Assembly (NCBI GenBank): GCA_034111325.1
Contig: JAWUXM010000049.1
Coordinates: 1-62,850, forward strand
Direction of reading: 5' to 3'
From: Rickettsiales bacterium
GTDB taxonomy: Bacteria; Pseudomonadota; Alphaproteobacteria; Rickettsiales; JABIRX01
DNA length: 62,850 bases
The notes below the pieces were generated by a model that made no database searches, had not been told where the DNA came from, and saw only the letters and a list, made by a program, of their open reading frames with translations. A program made the position numbers and the translations under genes. Position 1 is the stretch's first letter, and each line of letters begins with the position of its first letter. Below are positions 17,144 to 29,203 of this stretch, piece after piece.

Positions 17144-17929
17144 ATGCCGACAACTCAATCTCAGATAAACCAAAAAGCGTTTAGCCTTATAGAGCTCTCT
17201 ATTGTCCTTGTTATCCTTGGACTACTTACAGCAGGGATAGTCACTGGTCAAAAATTAATTCGGCAAACTCAATTAGCGAGAGTAATACAAAATATCCAAA
17301 CTTTTTCTAATGCCATTAATCTTTTTAAAATATCGTATAATTATTTCCCTGGTGATATTCCTAATGCCTACGATATTTGGGGCTCAAACTGTGATGCAAC
17401 GGCAGCTGATTGTAATGGCGATGGCGATGGCGTGATTGACTGGAATGATAAAGTAGCTGCGCGCGATGAAGAAATTAACCGCGCTTGGCAACATATGTCA
17501 TTAGCCAACATTTTAGATAAAAACTATACTAATGATATGGATGTTGATGGCTTTGCTATAGCTGGAACAACCGTTCCCAAATCCGCTTCGCCAAGCCGCA
17601 ACGGAGCGCCTTCTATATGGACATTTAGTGCTGCACATGGAAATCTTAATATGGGTGGACTCAATACTGTTGTTCCTGACTGTCATGAATGTCTTATTTG
17701 GGCACATACAGATTCGGTTAGCCCAGTTGATATCAGCATCATTGATATAAAAATAGATGATGGTATGAGGCTCACAGGTAAAATCCAAGGAGGAATTGCA
17801 AAAACAGCCGCTAGCTCATATTGGAGCTGGTCTACAACTGAGTGTTATGATTCTGGCGATATCAATCTATATAATCTATCTAATACTGGCGCAGGCTGCA
17901 CAATGATCTTTGACTATCTAGGATATTAG
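17144..17929 (+). CDS. Prepilin-type N-terminal methylation-domain protein (type IV pilin or pseudopilin-like), paralog 1
   Basis: Start chosen at the Met preceded by AAAGGGG. Leader MPTTQSQINQKA, then FSLIELSIVLVILGLL (class III signal, Glu at +5). Shares YxYxPGDxPNA, CxGxGDG, WQHxSL and IKIDD blocks with 29204-29929. The longer 17000 ORF overlaps htpG and was rejected. Confidence 0.7.
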   Translation: MPTTQSQINQKAFSLIELSIVLVILGLLTAGIVTGQKLIRQTQLARVIQNIQTFSNAINLFKISYNYFPGDIPNAYDIWGSNCDATAADCNGDGDGVIDWNDKVAARDEEINRAWQHMSLANILDKNYTNDMDVDGFAIAGTTVPKSASPSRNGAPSIWTFSAAHGNLNMGGLNTVVPDCHECLIWAHTDSVSPVDISIIDIKIDDGMRLTGKIQGGIAKTAASSYWSWSTTECYDSGDINLYNLSNTGAGCTMIFDYLGY

Positions 17930-18633
17930 ATCCCGACAATTGCCAAGCTAGCTATAATCGCCGTATCTGAACGTAAAATTCTCTTACCGAGGCTAGCGGG
18001 CTGAACAAAAGGCAACTTACGTAACTCTGCCCTCTCTGCCTCTGAAAAGCCACCTTCTGGACCAATGAGAATCGCACAAGGTTTATTGCCTATTTTAGTT
18101 GCTACATCCTTAATATTTTCTGCCGCGCCAGATTCATCACACCAAATAATCGGTTTTTCAGCTGACCAATCTTTAAGCACCTTCAACAAAGCTCTCGGCT
18201 CAACTAACTCAGCAAGGTCGAGCCTTTCACATTGTTCGGCTGCTTCAATAATATTCGCCTCAAATTTACGCATATTAAGTTTACGCACAATTGTATATTC
18301 CGTCAAAATTGGTTGAAACTTCTGCACGCCAAGTTCAGTAGCTTTAGCAGCAATAAAATCCAACCGTACATTTTTTACTGGTGCAAAGAGCAACTCAATT
18401 TGTGATGAGGATTCTTGCTCATGAGTTTTTTCAATAAGGGAAATAGTGCAATGATTTTTCTCGATGGCGATAATCTCCGCTAAAAATTCTCCATCACAGC
18501 CGTTGAACACATAAAGTTTATCGCCAACCTTACGCCGCAAAACATTACGCAAATAATGTGTCTGCGCTTTATCTAGGTTAATTTGTTGTGCTAATGCAAA
18601 ATTCTTTTGCGTTATATAAAGACGTATTTTCAT
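17926..18633 (-). CDS. rsmE: 16S rRNA (uracil1498-N3)-methyltransferase RsmE
   Basis: 235 aa. RsmE pattern at the N-terminus (HYLRNVLRRKVGDKLYVFNG.DGEF) and the C-terminal SPOUT region (ILIGPEGGFSEAE). Confidence 0.85.
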   Translation of the reverse strand: MKIRLYITQKNFALAQQINLDKAQTHYLRNVLRRKVGDKLYVFNGCDGEFLAEIIAIEKNHCTISLIEKTHEQESSSQIELLFAPVKNVRLDFIAAKATELGVQKFQPILTEYTIVRKLNMRKFEANIIEAAEQCERLDLAELVEPRALLKVLKDWSAEKPIIWCDESGAAENIKDVATKIGNKPCAILIGPEGGFSEAERAELRKLPFVQPASLGKRILRSDTAIIASLAIVGI

Positions 18634-18708
18634 TCTATATCAATATGGGCTGAGGCAATACTACATATGCTAAATGATAAATGCTAAATGTCTTTAAAGG
18701 CGTTAAAT

Positions 18709-18790
18709 TGAAGATTTTTGGAGGGATTTTTGTGTAAATTGTTGATCTGCGGCAAAGGCTACACTTGGCAGAAATAGTAAAATAAATATA
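18709..18790 (+). repeat. Intergenic repeat family B, partial copy B4
   Basis: GAGGGATTTTTGTGTAAATTGTTGATCTG...CTACACTTGGCAGAAATAGTAAAATAA aligns with the left arm and right half of B1. Half of the central hairpin is missing. Confidence 0.4.
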
Positions 18791-18796
18791 AAATAT

Positions 18797-19798
18797 TTAA
18801 GCATCCCCCTTTTCTGTAAAGTCAATCTGATGACCAGATTTCAACGCTTTAGTTTTTAGATAATCAACATTGTATTTATTAATATTCATCTGTAAAGAAA
18901 CGATTTCTTTTACCTTTATACCACCTTTCTCAAGCTCTGATTTCTTGCGCGGATTGTTACTAATCAGGCGTATTTGCGTAAATCCTAAATCATCTAAAAT
19001 TGCTTTGGCTGGCTGCATTGAACGTTCATCATTTTCATAACCGAGAAATTCATTTGCTTCGACTGTGTCTAAACCTTTTGCCTGTAATTCATAAGTGCGC
19101 AATTTACTCGCTAAACCAATGCCACGACCTTCTTGCATTAAATAGAGAATCACTCCGCCATTTTCTTGGCCACCCATAAATTCAATAGCATTCTTTAATT
19201 GCGGGCCACAATCACATTTTAAACTAGCAAGCAAATCCCCCGTATAGCAGGAAGAATGAATACGAATAAGTGGCATAGGATCACGTTCTGGGTGACCAAT
19301 AATTATTGCATAATGTTCGACAGCAGTATCAAGCGCGCGATAACCAAAAATTCTAGAATCTTCAGCATTTTCCAAGCAAAGAGGCGCTTCGATAAATTTG
19401 TCTAAATTATGATTAATATGCTGTTCATATTCAGCAATGTCACTTGCACTGCAATTTAACATTAGCTCCTCCTTGCCTTGTGGTTGCGAGATGATCACCA
19501 TTGGCAAAAGCTCTGCAAATCTGACTAATTTGATAGCCAAATTTTCAAGTTCTGTACTTGCTGCAAATGGCTCAAGACCTGATATTTGGTCAGGCAATCG
19601 TAGTAGATTTACTTTTTGTACATCTTGTAACGCTGCAAGTCTTTTCTCTGTAACGATTAGTTTTGGCTCTTGCAAATCACCTGTATTAAAGGAAAAGGTT
19701 TCTGGAGAGAATATTACATGATTATCTAAAACCACACCATAGCCTCTTTTTAATTCTCCAATAATGCGTGTTATCGTTAAGATTGCTTTCTTTTTCAT
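18797..19798 (-). CDS. ribA: GTP cyclohydrolase II (RibA) with an N-terminal extension of about 170 aa
   Basis: The C-terminal half, IRIHSSCYTGDLLASLKCDCGPQL...EGRGIGL...NNPRK, is canonical GCH-II. ATG at 19798 is preferred over the upstream TTG at 19837 given in the ORF track. Confidence 0.8.
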   Translation of the reverse strand: MKKKAILTITRIIGELKRGYGVVLDNHVIFSPETFSFNTGDLQEPKLIVTEKRLAALQDVQKVNLLRLPDQISGLEPFAASTELENLAIKLVRFAELLPMVIISQPQGKEELMLNCSASDIAEYEQHINHNLDKFIEAPLCLENAEDSRIFGYRALDTAVEHYAIIIGHPERDPMPLIRIHSSCYTGDLLASLKCDCGPQLKNAIEFMGGQENGGVILYLMQEGRGIGLASKLRTYELQAKGLDTVEANEFLGYENDERSMQPAKAILDDLGFTQIRLISNNPRKKSELEKGGIKVKEIVSLQMNINKYNVDYLKTKALKSGHQIDFTEKGDA

Positions 19799-19815
19799 AA
19801 TATTACTGTATTTAT

Positions 19816-20385
19816 TTGTGTACCGCTCTTTTAACAATAACGGTACTAAAAGTGAAGAAAACTCTAATTTCCCTCCTGTTTTTGATGATCAGCATGTTCT
19901 GCTTAGCCTACGCATCCGTTCCTTTATATAGCTTATTTTGCAAAGTAACTGGCTATGGCGGCACAACCCAAACCGCAAAAGCTCTACCTAAAACCATCGG
20001 CAACCGCAAAATAACAATTCTCTTTAATTCTGATATCGAACCTAAATTAAACTGGGAATTCAAACCTTTACAACGAGGAATGCAAGTCACAACGGGCGAA
20101 TCAAGACTTGCTTTTTACTACGCAAAAAATTTAAACAAGAAAACTATAACTGGCACAGCAACTTACAATGTCACCCCCAATAAGGCTGGTATTTATTTTA
20201 ATAAAATTGAATGTTTTTGCTTTACCGAACAAAGCCTTAACGCAAATGAAGAAGCAACTTTCCCTGTTTCATTCTTCATCGACCCTGAAATTGAAAATGA
20301 CCCTTATATGAGCGATGTTGACACTATAACTCTATCATATACATTTTTCGAGAAACCTGTCACAAATACAATATCAAGTAAATAA
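19816..20385 (+). CDS. ctaG: Cytochrome c oxidase assembly protein CtaG/Cox11
   Basis: VPLYSLFCKVTGYGGTTQ and the CFCF copper-binding motif. The true start is probably the in-frame GTG at 19852 (MKKTLISLL...). Confidence 0.85.
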   Translation: MCTALLTITVLKVKKTLISLLFLMISMFCLAYASVPLYSLFCKVTGYGGTTQTAKALPKTIGNRKITILFNSDIEPKLNWEFKPLQRGMQVTTGESRLAFYYAKNLNKKTITGTATYNVTPNKAGIYFNKIECFCFTEQSLNANEEATFPVSFFIDPEIENDPYMSDVDTITLSYTFFEKPVTNTISSK

Positions 20386-20386
20386 A

Positions 20387-21301
20387 ATGCAGTTAAATAA
20401 TAAAATCATAACAATTTTTGGTGGCTCTGGTTTTCTTGGGCGCCATATTGTAAAGAGCCTTGCGCAAAGCGGCGCAACAATTAATATTCTTACGCGCGAC
20501 CCTGAAAAAGCGCTTTTTCTAAAAATGGCAGGCTCAGTCGGACAAATTAATCTAATTCGTGGCAATATAAGCAACACAAAACTAGTTGAGGAACTGGTAA
20601 AAAACTCACATATAATCATTAATGCCGTCGGTATTTTATTTGAAAAACGTAAATTCGACTTTGTAAATACTCACGCCAAATTCCCTGAAACTCTAGCGCA
20701 TGCCGCACAACGTTATAATATCGAGAGGTTCATTCATATTTCTGCTCTTGGCTGTGATGTTGATACTCAATCCAATTATGCAAAAACCAAACTCGCCGGC
20801 GAAACTGCGATATTAAACACCTTTCCAACAGCCACAATTCTGCGCCCATCTGTAATTTTTGGTAAAGAGGATAACTTCTTTAATCAATTTGCTAAAATGG
20901 CAAAATATTCCCCTTTTTTGCCATTAATCGGTGGCGGCAAGAACTATTTTCAACCAGTTTATGTTGGCGATATTGCTAAGGCAATTAACAAGATCTTACA
21001 AAATCCGAGAACCAAAGGTAAAATATATGAATTAGGAGGCCCAGATGTCGTTTCATTCAAACAGGTTCTGCAATATACTTCTCAAACCATTAACCGTCAC
21101 CCTATTCTCCTCAACATTCCTTTCCCTATCGCTAAGCTTATCGCCTATTTTATGGAATTATTACCAACTCCACCCTTAACACGTGACCAAGTCAAATCAC
21201 TACAAACTGATAATGTGACTCATGGTAAACACAAAACTTTCTTTGATTTGGGCATTCACACTAAAACCATTGAAGAAACTGTACCTCAATATTTGAATTA
21301 A
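20387..21301 (+). CDS. NAD(P)H-binding SDR, complex I NDUFA9-like family
   Basis: 304 aa. ITIFGGSGFLGRHIV Rossmann motif. Size and layout match alphaproteobacterial NDUFA9/39-kDa homologs. Confidence 0.75.
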   Translation: MQLNNKIITIFGGSGFLGRHIVKSLAQSGATINILTRDPEKALFLKMAGSVGQINLIRGNISNTKLVEELVKNSHIIINAVGILFEKRKFDFVNTHAKFPETLAHAAQRYNIERFIHISALGCDVDTQSNYAKTKLAGETAILNTFPTATILRPSVIFGKEDNFFNQFAKMAKYSPFLPLIGGGKNYFQPVYVGDIAKAINKILQNPRTKGKIYELGGPDVVSFKQVLQYTSQTINRHPILLNIPFPIAKLIAYFMELLPTPPLTRDQVKSLQTDNVTHGKHKTFFDLGIHTKTIEETVPQYLN

Positions 21302-21303
21302 TT

Positions 21304-22368
21304 ATGCCAAAAAATATTACATCCAAATTAACACTCCTTATCCTTATTGCCTTTGCTTGTTTTGGTGCATATTCCCTCATCGCTAGCAAATTTGCCTTCA
21401 AGCGCCCACCGATGGGAAAAACAAAAGTAACAGTAGTTGCAGTAAGGCAAGATATAACATTTGATAAGGTCGAAGCACTCGGCACAGCTTTTGCTAATGA
21501 GTCTGCTGATATTAGTGCTAATATCAGTGAAAATGTGGTGGAGATTTTGTTTTTTGATAATCAGCAAGTAGTCAAGGATATGCCGCTGGTTGTTCTAGCA
21601 CAAGATGAAGAAATAGCCAACCGCAACCGTGCAATGCTACAACTACATGAACAGCAACGTGAATTCACTAGGTTAAAAAATCTCCTTGCTAAAAACGCCG
21701 CTAGTCAAAAAGAATTCGACGCTGGGCAGACCCTCCTTGCCATTGCAAAACAAGATGTAAGTGAAATTAACGCACGCATAACTGACCGCACTATAACCGC
21801 CCCTTTTGATGGAGTTATAGGCCTGCGAAATGTTAGCATTGGTTCGCTCGTTACCCCAGGGGACATTATCACCACAATTGACGATGTTAGCAAAATCAAA
21901 GTCGATTTTACTATACCATCTGTCTATATGGAAAACATCACCACTGACACACCAATTATTATTACGAGCGAGGTTTTTCAAGGCAAGCAATTTAACGGCA
22001 AAATTGCCTTTATTGATTCAAGAGTTGACCCATTAACTCGTAGTATAAAAATGCGAGCTATCGTCGGCAATGATAATGCACAGCTCAAACCAGGATTGCT
22101 AATGTATGTTACAATTCTAAAAGACCAACGTGATGCTTTGGTTATACCTCAAGAAGCAATTACTCAACTCAAACGACAATATTTCGTCTGGGTAGTTGAT
22201 CGCAATAATAGCAATAAGGTAATGCGTAGAGAAATTACAATTGGCGCACGCTTTCCTGACAAAGTTGAAGTTATCTCAGGATTAAAAGAAGGAGATTTAG
22301 TTATCACACGTGGAATAACTATTGTCCGTGAAGGGCAAGAAGTAGATTATAAGATTAGTGTGAATTAA
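21304..22368 (+). CDS. RND efflux periplasmic adaptor (membrane fusion protein)
   Basis: 354 aa. TM anchor, coiled-coil region, lipoyl and beta-barrel motifs (ITAPFDGVIG). Lies upstream of the RND permease. Confidence 0.85.
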   Translation: MPKNITSKLTLLILIAFACFGAYSLIASKFAFKRPPMGKTKVTVVAVRQDITFDKVEALGTAFANESADISANISENVVEILFFDNQQVVKDMPLVVLAQDEEIANRNRAMLQLHEQQREFTRLKNLLAKNAASQKEFDAGQTLLAIAKQDVSEINARITDRTITAPFDGVIGLRNVSIGSLVTPGDIITTIDDVSKIKVDFTIPSVYMENITTDTPIIITSEVFQGKQFNGKIAFIDSRVDPLTRSIKMRAIVGNDNAQLKPGLLMYVTILKDQRDALVIPQEAITQLKRQYFVWVVDRNNSNKVMRREITIGARFPDKVEVISGLKEGDLVITRGITIVREGQEVDYKISVN

Positions 22369-22432
22369 TCTTTTTAGATGCTTTTCAGTATTTAGAACGT
22401 CACAAGAATTAAGAAAACAAAGTTAACATAAT

Positions 22433-25400
22433 ATGTTTCTATCCGATATTTCAGTAAAACGTCCGGTCTTTGCATCAGTAATTAGCTTATTGCTAATTGT
22501 ATTCGGTATTGTCTCATTTTCTAAATTACCACTACGCGAATATCCTAATATTGATCCACCAATTGTATCAATCGAAACTACTTACCGTGGCGCTGCTGCA
22601 AATATTGTTGAAACCCGCATTACTAAACTAGTCGAAGATAGCATTTCTGGCGTTGAAGGAATTCACACAATTTCCTCTTCAAGCGAAGATGGAAGGTCAT
22701 TAGTTACCGTTAAATTTAATATTGAGCGCGACATTGACAATGCCGCTAATGATATTCGCGATAAGGTTTCAACCATTGCTGATAATTTACCTGAAGAAGC
22801 TGATGCGCCAGAAGTTCAAAAAGCCAATGCCGATGATGACGTCATTATTTGGTTTAACTTAAATGGCGAAGGCATGAGCATTATGGAACTAACTGATTAT
22901 GCACACCGTTATTTGGTTGATCGCTTTTCTGCCTTGGACGGAGTTGCGCGTATACGAATCGGCGGTGGTAAAGAACGTGCTATGCGTATTTGGCTAAATC
23001 GCGAAGCTTTGGCTGGACGCTCACTCACTGCTAGTGATGTTGAGAAAGCTTTGAGAAGCGAGAATATTGAATTACCCGCTGGGCAAGTCGAATCAGAAAT
23101 GCGTGATTTTACCGTACGCATGCAGCGTGATTATGTTTCAGTTGAGGATTTTGAAAATCTAGTAATTAGCAAAGGTAAAAATGGTTATCTCGTCAGGCTA
23201 GAAGATGTAGCAAAAGTTGAAATTGCCCCTGTTGAAGAGCGCGGTTTCTTCCGCGGCAATGGTGTCGCTATGGTTGGTATCGGCATTATCAAACAATCAA
23301 CTGCCAACACGCTAACAGTTGCAAAACTGGCTAAAAAAGAAATGTTGGAAGTTCGCAAATCTCTACCATTGAGCATGGAGATTGATAATAGTTATGATAC
23401 TAGCGTGTTTATTGATAGCGCCATTCATGAAGTCTATAAGACTTTTGCCATTGCAATTATTTTAGTAATTTTAGTAATCTACCTTTTCCTCGGTAATTTA
23501 CGAGCAGTTCTTGTGCCAGCAGTTGCTGTTCCTGTTTCTATCACTGCCAGTTTTATTGTTTTATATTTAATGGGTTATACGATTAACCTACTAACTTTGT
23601 TGGCACTAGTTCTAGCAATTGGCTTAGTGGTTGATGATGCAATTGTAGTTTTAGAAAATATCTATCGCCGCATAGAATTAGGCGAGCCAAGGTTATTGGC
23701 AGCTTACAATGGTACTCGCCAAGTTGGTTTTGCGGTAATTGCAACAAGCTTGGTGCTAATCGTCGTCTTTATTCCAATTACTTTTTTAGAAGGCGATGTT
23801 GGTAGATTATTTAGTGAGTTTGCCTTTGCAATGGCAGCTGGTGTTGCATTTTCAAGCGTAGTTGCGCTTTCATTATCACCAATGTTGGCTTCTAAAATTT
23901 TAGATAAGCAAAATAAACATAATCGCCTTACCCTATACATCGACAAAAAGTTCAATAAGCTCCGCGCAAAATATATTTCATCCCTTACAAAAATATTAGC
24001 CCGCCCTACTATTGTTATAATTACCATCATTGCATCTTTAATAATCATCTTCTTTTTATTCCGCGCCGTACCTAGCGAATTCACGCCAAAGGAAGATCGC
24101 GGCATAATTTTACTAATTGTACAAGCACCAGAAGGTTCGTCTGATAATTATACCAGCGAACATATGAAAGAAATTGAAAAACGTCTTATGCCTTTCGTCG
24201 AAACTGGTGAGTTTCGTCGCTTAATAATGCGCACACCTGGAAGCTTCAGCACAACCCAGAAATATAATAGTGGGATTGGTATTATTGTTCTTGCACCTTG
24301 GGCAGAACGTAAAATCATCTGGTATTATCTCGGGCAAATTATGCAAAGAATTTCTGATATTTCTGGTGTCCGCGCCTTTCCAATTCCCCCTCAAGCTTTT
24401 AGTCGCGGAGCACAAAAGCCAGTAGAATTTGTCCTTGGCGGTTCAACCTATGAAGAGTTAGCTGACTGGCGAGACATCATATTAGAAGCTGCACGCGAGA
24501 ATACAAAGTTACAAGGCTTGGACTCTGACTATAAAGAAACCACTCCCCAAATTGCCGTCACTATAGAACGTGATCGTGCTGCAGTATTAGGCGTGTCTGT
24601 TCTGGAAATTAATAGCGCCTTAGAAACTATGCTTGGCGCCAAAAGAGTGACAACCTTTATCGATCGCGGTGAAGAATATGACGTGATTATGCAGGCTGAC
24701 AAAGCTAAACAAAAAAACCCCACTGATATGCAGAATATTTATGTACGCTCATCACTTAGCAACCAACTCATTCCATTATCCAACCTTGTTAAACTCGATG
24801 AATTCGCCGATAGTTCAAAACTTAATCGCTATGCAAGATTGCGCGCCATTACCCTTGAGGCAAATCTAGCAGAAGGTTATATTTTAGGTGATGCGTTAAA
24901 TTATCTAGACAATTTGGCGAAAACAAAATTACCAAGTTCAGTGGTAATCAATTATAAAGGTGAATCTCTCAACTATAAAGAATCTGGATCAAAAATATAT
25001 TTCATATTTGCCTTGGCATTATTGATCGTCTTTTTAGTTATGGCAGCACAATTTGAAAGCTATGTACATCCTTTAGTAATTATGTTCACCGTACCATTGG
25101 CAATTTTAGGCGCATTATTTGGCTTGTTTATCACTTTCCAAAGTTTGAACATCTATAGTCAGATTGGCTTGATTATGTTAATCGGGCTGGCTACCAAAAA
25201 TGGCATTCTAATTGTCGAATTTATAAATCAATTACGTGATGAAGGTAAAAATTTCGAGGAGGCAATTATTGAAGCTTCTAGTATAAGGCTTCGACCAATT
25301 ATCATGACCTCAGTTGCAACTATCATGGGTGCTGTACCCTTAATTTTATCTTTTGGCGCAGGTGCTGAAACGAGAAGAGTAATTGGTATAGTTGTATTTT

Positions 25401-25534
25401 TTGGCGTAATTGTTTCAACAATGTTTACCATCTACATAATCCCCGTTATGTACAAACTCTTAGCTCGCAACACTGGGTCGCCAAATAAAATTGGAAAACG
25501 CTTGGAGCAACAATTGAAAGATCATCAACAATGA
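22433..25534 (+). CDS. RND multidrug efflux permease (AcrB/HAE1-like)
   Basis: 1033 aa. MFLSDISVKRPVFASVISLLL start, 12-TM organisation with two large periplasmic loops, and the conserved VVDDAIVVLENI motif. Confidence 0.95.
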   Translation: MFLSDISVKRPVFASVISLLLIVFGIVSFSKLPLREYPNIDPPIVSIETTYRGAAANIVETRITKLVEDSISGVEGIHTISSSSEDGRSLVTVKFNIERDIDNAANDIRDKVSTIADNLPEEADAPEVQKANADDDVIIWFNLNGEGMSIMELTDYAHRYLVDRFSALDGVARIRIGGGKERAMRIWLNREALAGRSLTASDVEKALRSENIELPAGQVESEMRDFTVRMQRDYVSVEDFENLVISKGKNGYLVRLEDVAKVEIAPVEERGFFRGNGVAMVGIGIIKQSTANTLTVAKLAKKEMLEVRKSLPLSMEIDNSYDTSVFIDSAIHEVYKTFAIAIILVILVIYLFLGNLRAVLVPAVAVPVSITASFIVLYLMGYTINLLTLLALVLAIGLVVDDAIVVLENIYRRIELGEPRLLAAYNGTRQVGFAVIATSLVLIVVFIPITFLEGDVGRLFSEFAFAMAAGVAFSSVVALSLSPMLASKILDKQNKHNRLTLYIDKKFNKLRAKYISSLTKILARPTIVIITIIASLIIIFFLFRAVPSEFTPKEDRGIILLIVQAPEGSSDNYTSEHMKEIEKRLMPFVETGEFRRLIMRTPGSFSTTQKYNSGIGIIVLAPWAERKIIWYYLGQIMQRISDISGVRAFPIPPQAFSRGAQKPVEFVLGGSTYEELADWRDIILEAARENTKLQGLDSDYKETTPQIAVTIERDRAAVLGVSVLEINSALETMLGAKRVTTFIDRGEEYDVIMQADKAKQKNPTDMQNIYVRSSLSNQLIPLSNLVKLDEFADSSKLNRYARLRAITLEANLAEGYILGDALNYLDNLAKTKLPSSVVINYKGESLNYKESGSKIYFIFALALLIVFLVMAAQFESYVHPLVIMFTVPLAILGALFGLFITFQSLNIYSQIGLIMLIGLATKNGILIVEFINQLRDEGKNFEEAIIEASSIRLRPIIMTSVATIMGAVPLILSFGAGAETRRVIGIVVFFGVIVSTMFTIYIIPVMYKLLARNTGSPNKIGKRLEQQLKDHQQ

Positions 25535-26916
25535 AATTAGTTATTTTTCTTTCTTTATTGCTAGTTAGTTGCAAAGTCGGGCAGGATTATAAAAAACCTG
25601 AAATAATCATAGCTAAAGATTGGCTAACTAATCTCAAAACAACTGATGAAAACACACAAGTTGACTTAACTAATTGGTGGGAAAATTTTAATGATCCAGT
25701 CCTTACTCAGCTAATTCAACTTTCATATTTGCAGAATTTTGACATCCAAATAGCTAGCCAAAATATTGAGAAAGTACGTGCAGAAAGCCGCATCATTGAT
25801 GCAAAACGCTATCCAGAATTATCAGCAAATGGCTCTGCGTCTCGTAGTAAGACTAGCAGCCGTTTGGGTAATAATTTTACCGCTGGTAGCATACGTAATC
25901 AATTTGATGTGACTTTTGATGCAAGTTGGGAACTAGATTTATGGGGAAGAGTCAGAAGAGAGCAAGAAGCAGCACTGGCACGTTATGAAGCTTCTGTAGA
26001 AAATAGCCGTGACGTTTATTTAACCGTATTTGCTGAAGTTGCCCGAAACTATATTAATTTACGCGGCGCGCAAGAACGCCTGAAACAAGCAACCCAAAAA
26101 CTTGCTCTATTTGATGAAGCTTTGAAAATTGTACAAGACCAATTTAAATTAGGTAGCGTTGATAAATTAGCTGTTACTAGAGCTAAAGCCGAACGCAGTA
26201 CTGCTGCTAGTGCAACACCAAATATCAAAGCCGAAATATATACAATTATCTATCGCTTGGCGGTTTTATGTGGTAAGCAGCCAACAGAAATGAATGCTTT
26301 ATTATTAAAGAAAAACATCCAAATCACAGCACAAGATATTGTCCTGACTGGCCTGCCTTCTGACCTAATGCGTCGCCGCCCTGATATCCGCAAAATTGAA
26401 CGAGAATTAGCTGCATATACAGCAGATGTCGCTGTCAGCAAAGGTGCGTTTTTTCCTAGTTTTTCACTAACTGGTAGTGCTGGCAATGCCTCTTCAAACT
26501 TCAGTAATATTTATAGCTCTAACAGCAACGGTTGGTCACTTGGATCAGTTATAAACTTCCCGCTATTTAATGCCGGTAAATTAAAAGCACAAAATAAAGC
26601 TGCTAAGGCACAACAAAAAGCTGCTATCGCTAACTATCATAAAACTATTCTCCTAGCGCTAGAAGATGTTGAGGCTAGCCTCATTCGCTATGCTAAAGAG
26701 GCAAAAACTTTAGCAAAGTTACGTGAAAGAGAAACATCAAATAACCAAGCTTTTAATATTATGCAAACTCGCTATAAGTTAGGTGAAGTCGATAAATTAT
26801 CTCTTCTTAATGAAAAACAAAATCTAATTGCAAGCCACCAACAAAGCATCAATAGCGAAACACAAATGCTAACTAATATAGTTGCCCTATATAAAGCGCT
26901 TGGCGGTGGCTGGTAA
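25531..26916 (+). CDS. RND efflux outer-membrane lipoprotein (NodT/OprM family)
   Basis: 461 aa. Lipobox LLVSC. TolC-like repeats. ATGA overlap with the permease gene. Confidence 0.9.
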   Translation: MKLVIFLSLLLVSCKVGQDYKKPEIIIAKDWLTNLKTTDENTQVDLTNWWENFNDPVLTQLIQLSYLQNFDIQIASQNIEKVRAESRIIDAKRYPELSANGSASRSKTSSRLGNNFTAGSIRNQFDVTFDASWELDLWGRVRREQEAALARYEASVENSRDVYLTVFAEVARNYINLRGAQERLKQATQKLALFDEALKIVQDQFKLGSVDKLAVTRAKAERSTAASATPNIKAEIYTIIYRLAVLCGKQPTEMNALLLKKNIQITAQDIVLTGLPSDLMRRRPDIRKIERELAAYTADVAVSKGAFFPSFSLTGSAGNASSNFSNIYSSNSNGWSLGSVINFPLFNAGKLKAQNKAAKAQQKAAIANYHKTILLALEDVEASLIRYAKEAKTLAKLRERETSNNQAFNIMQTRYKLGEVDKLSLLNEKQNLIASHQQSINSETQMLTNIVALYKALGGGW

Positions 26917-27075
26917 CCATAAATTAATCTTTTTAAATTCGCAAAACCCACCCTTTGGGGAATGTTGTAAATCAAAAATTTTTGAGTTGTGATACTCCCC
27001 TTTGATAAATTCCTTGAGAAAATCATATTCAGCCTTTATACAGCAAAGCCTGATAGCAATTATTGAAACTTTACT

Positions 27076-29198
<2,123 letters not shown>

Positions 29199-29203
29199 TA
29201 CCA

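Noticed and set aside
18797-19837. N-terminal extension of about 170 aa on RibA, considered as a possible novel fusion.
   Set aside because: From memory, long RibA forms of similar size exist in alphaproteobacteria. I cannot show novelty without a database search.
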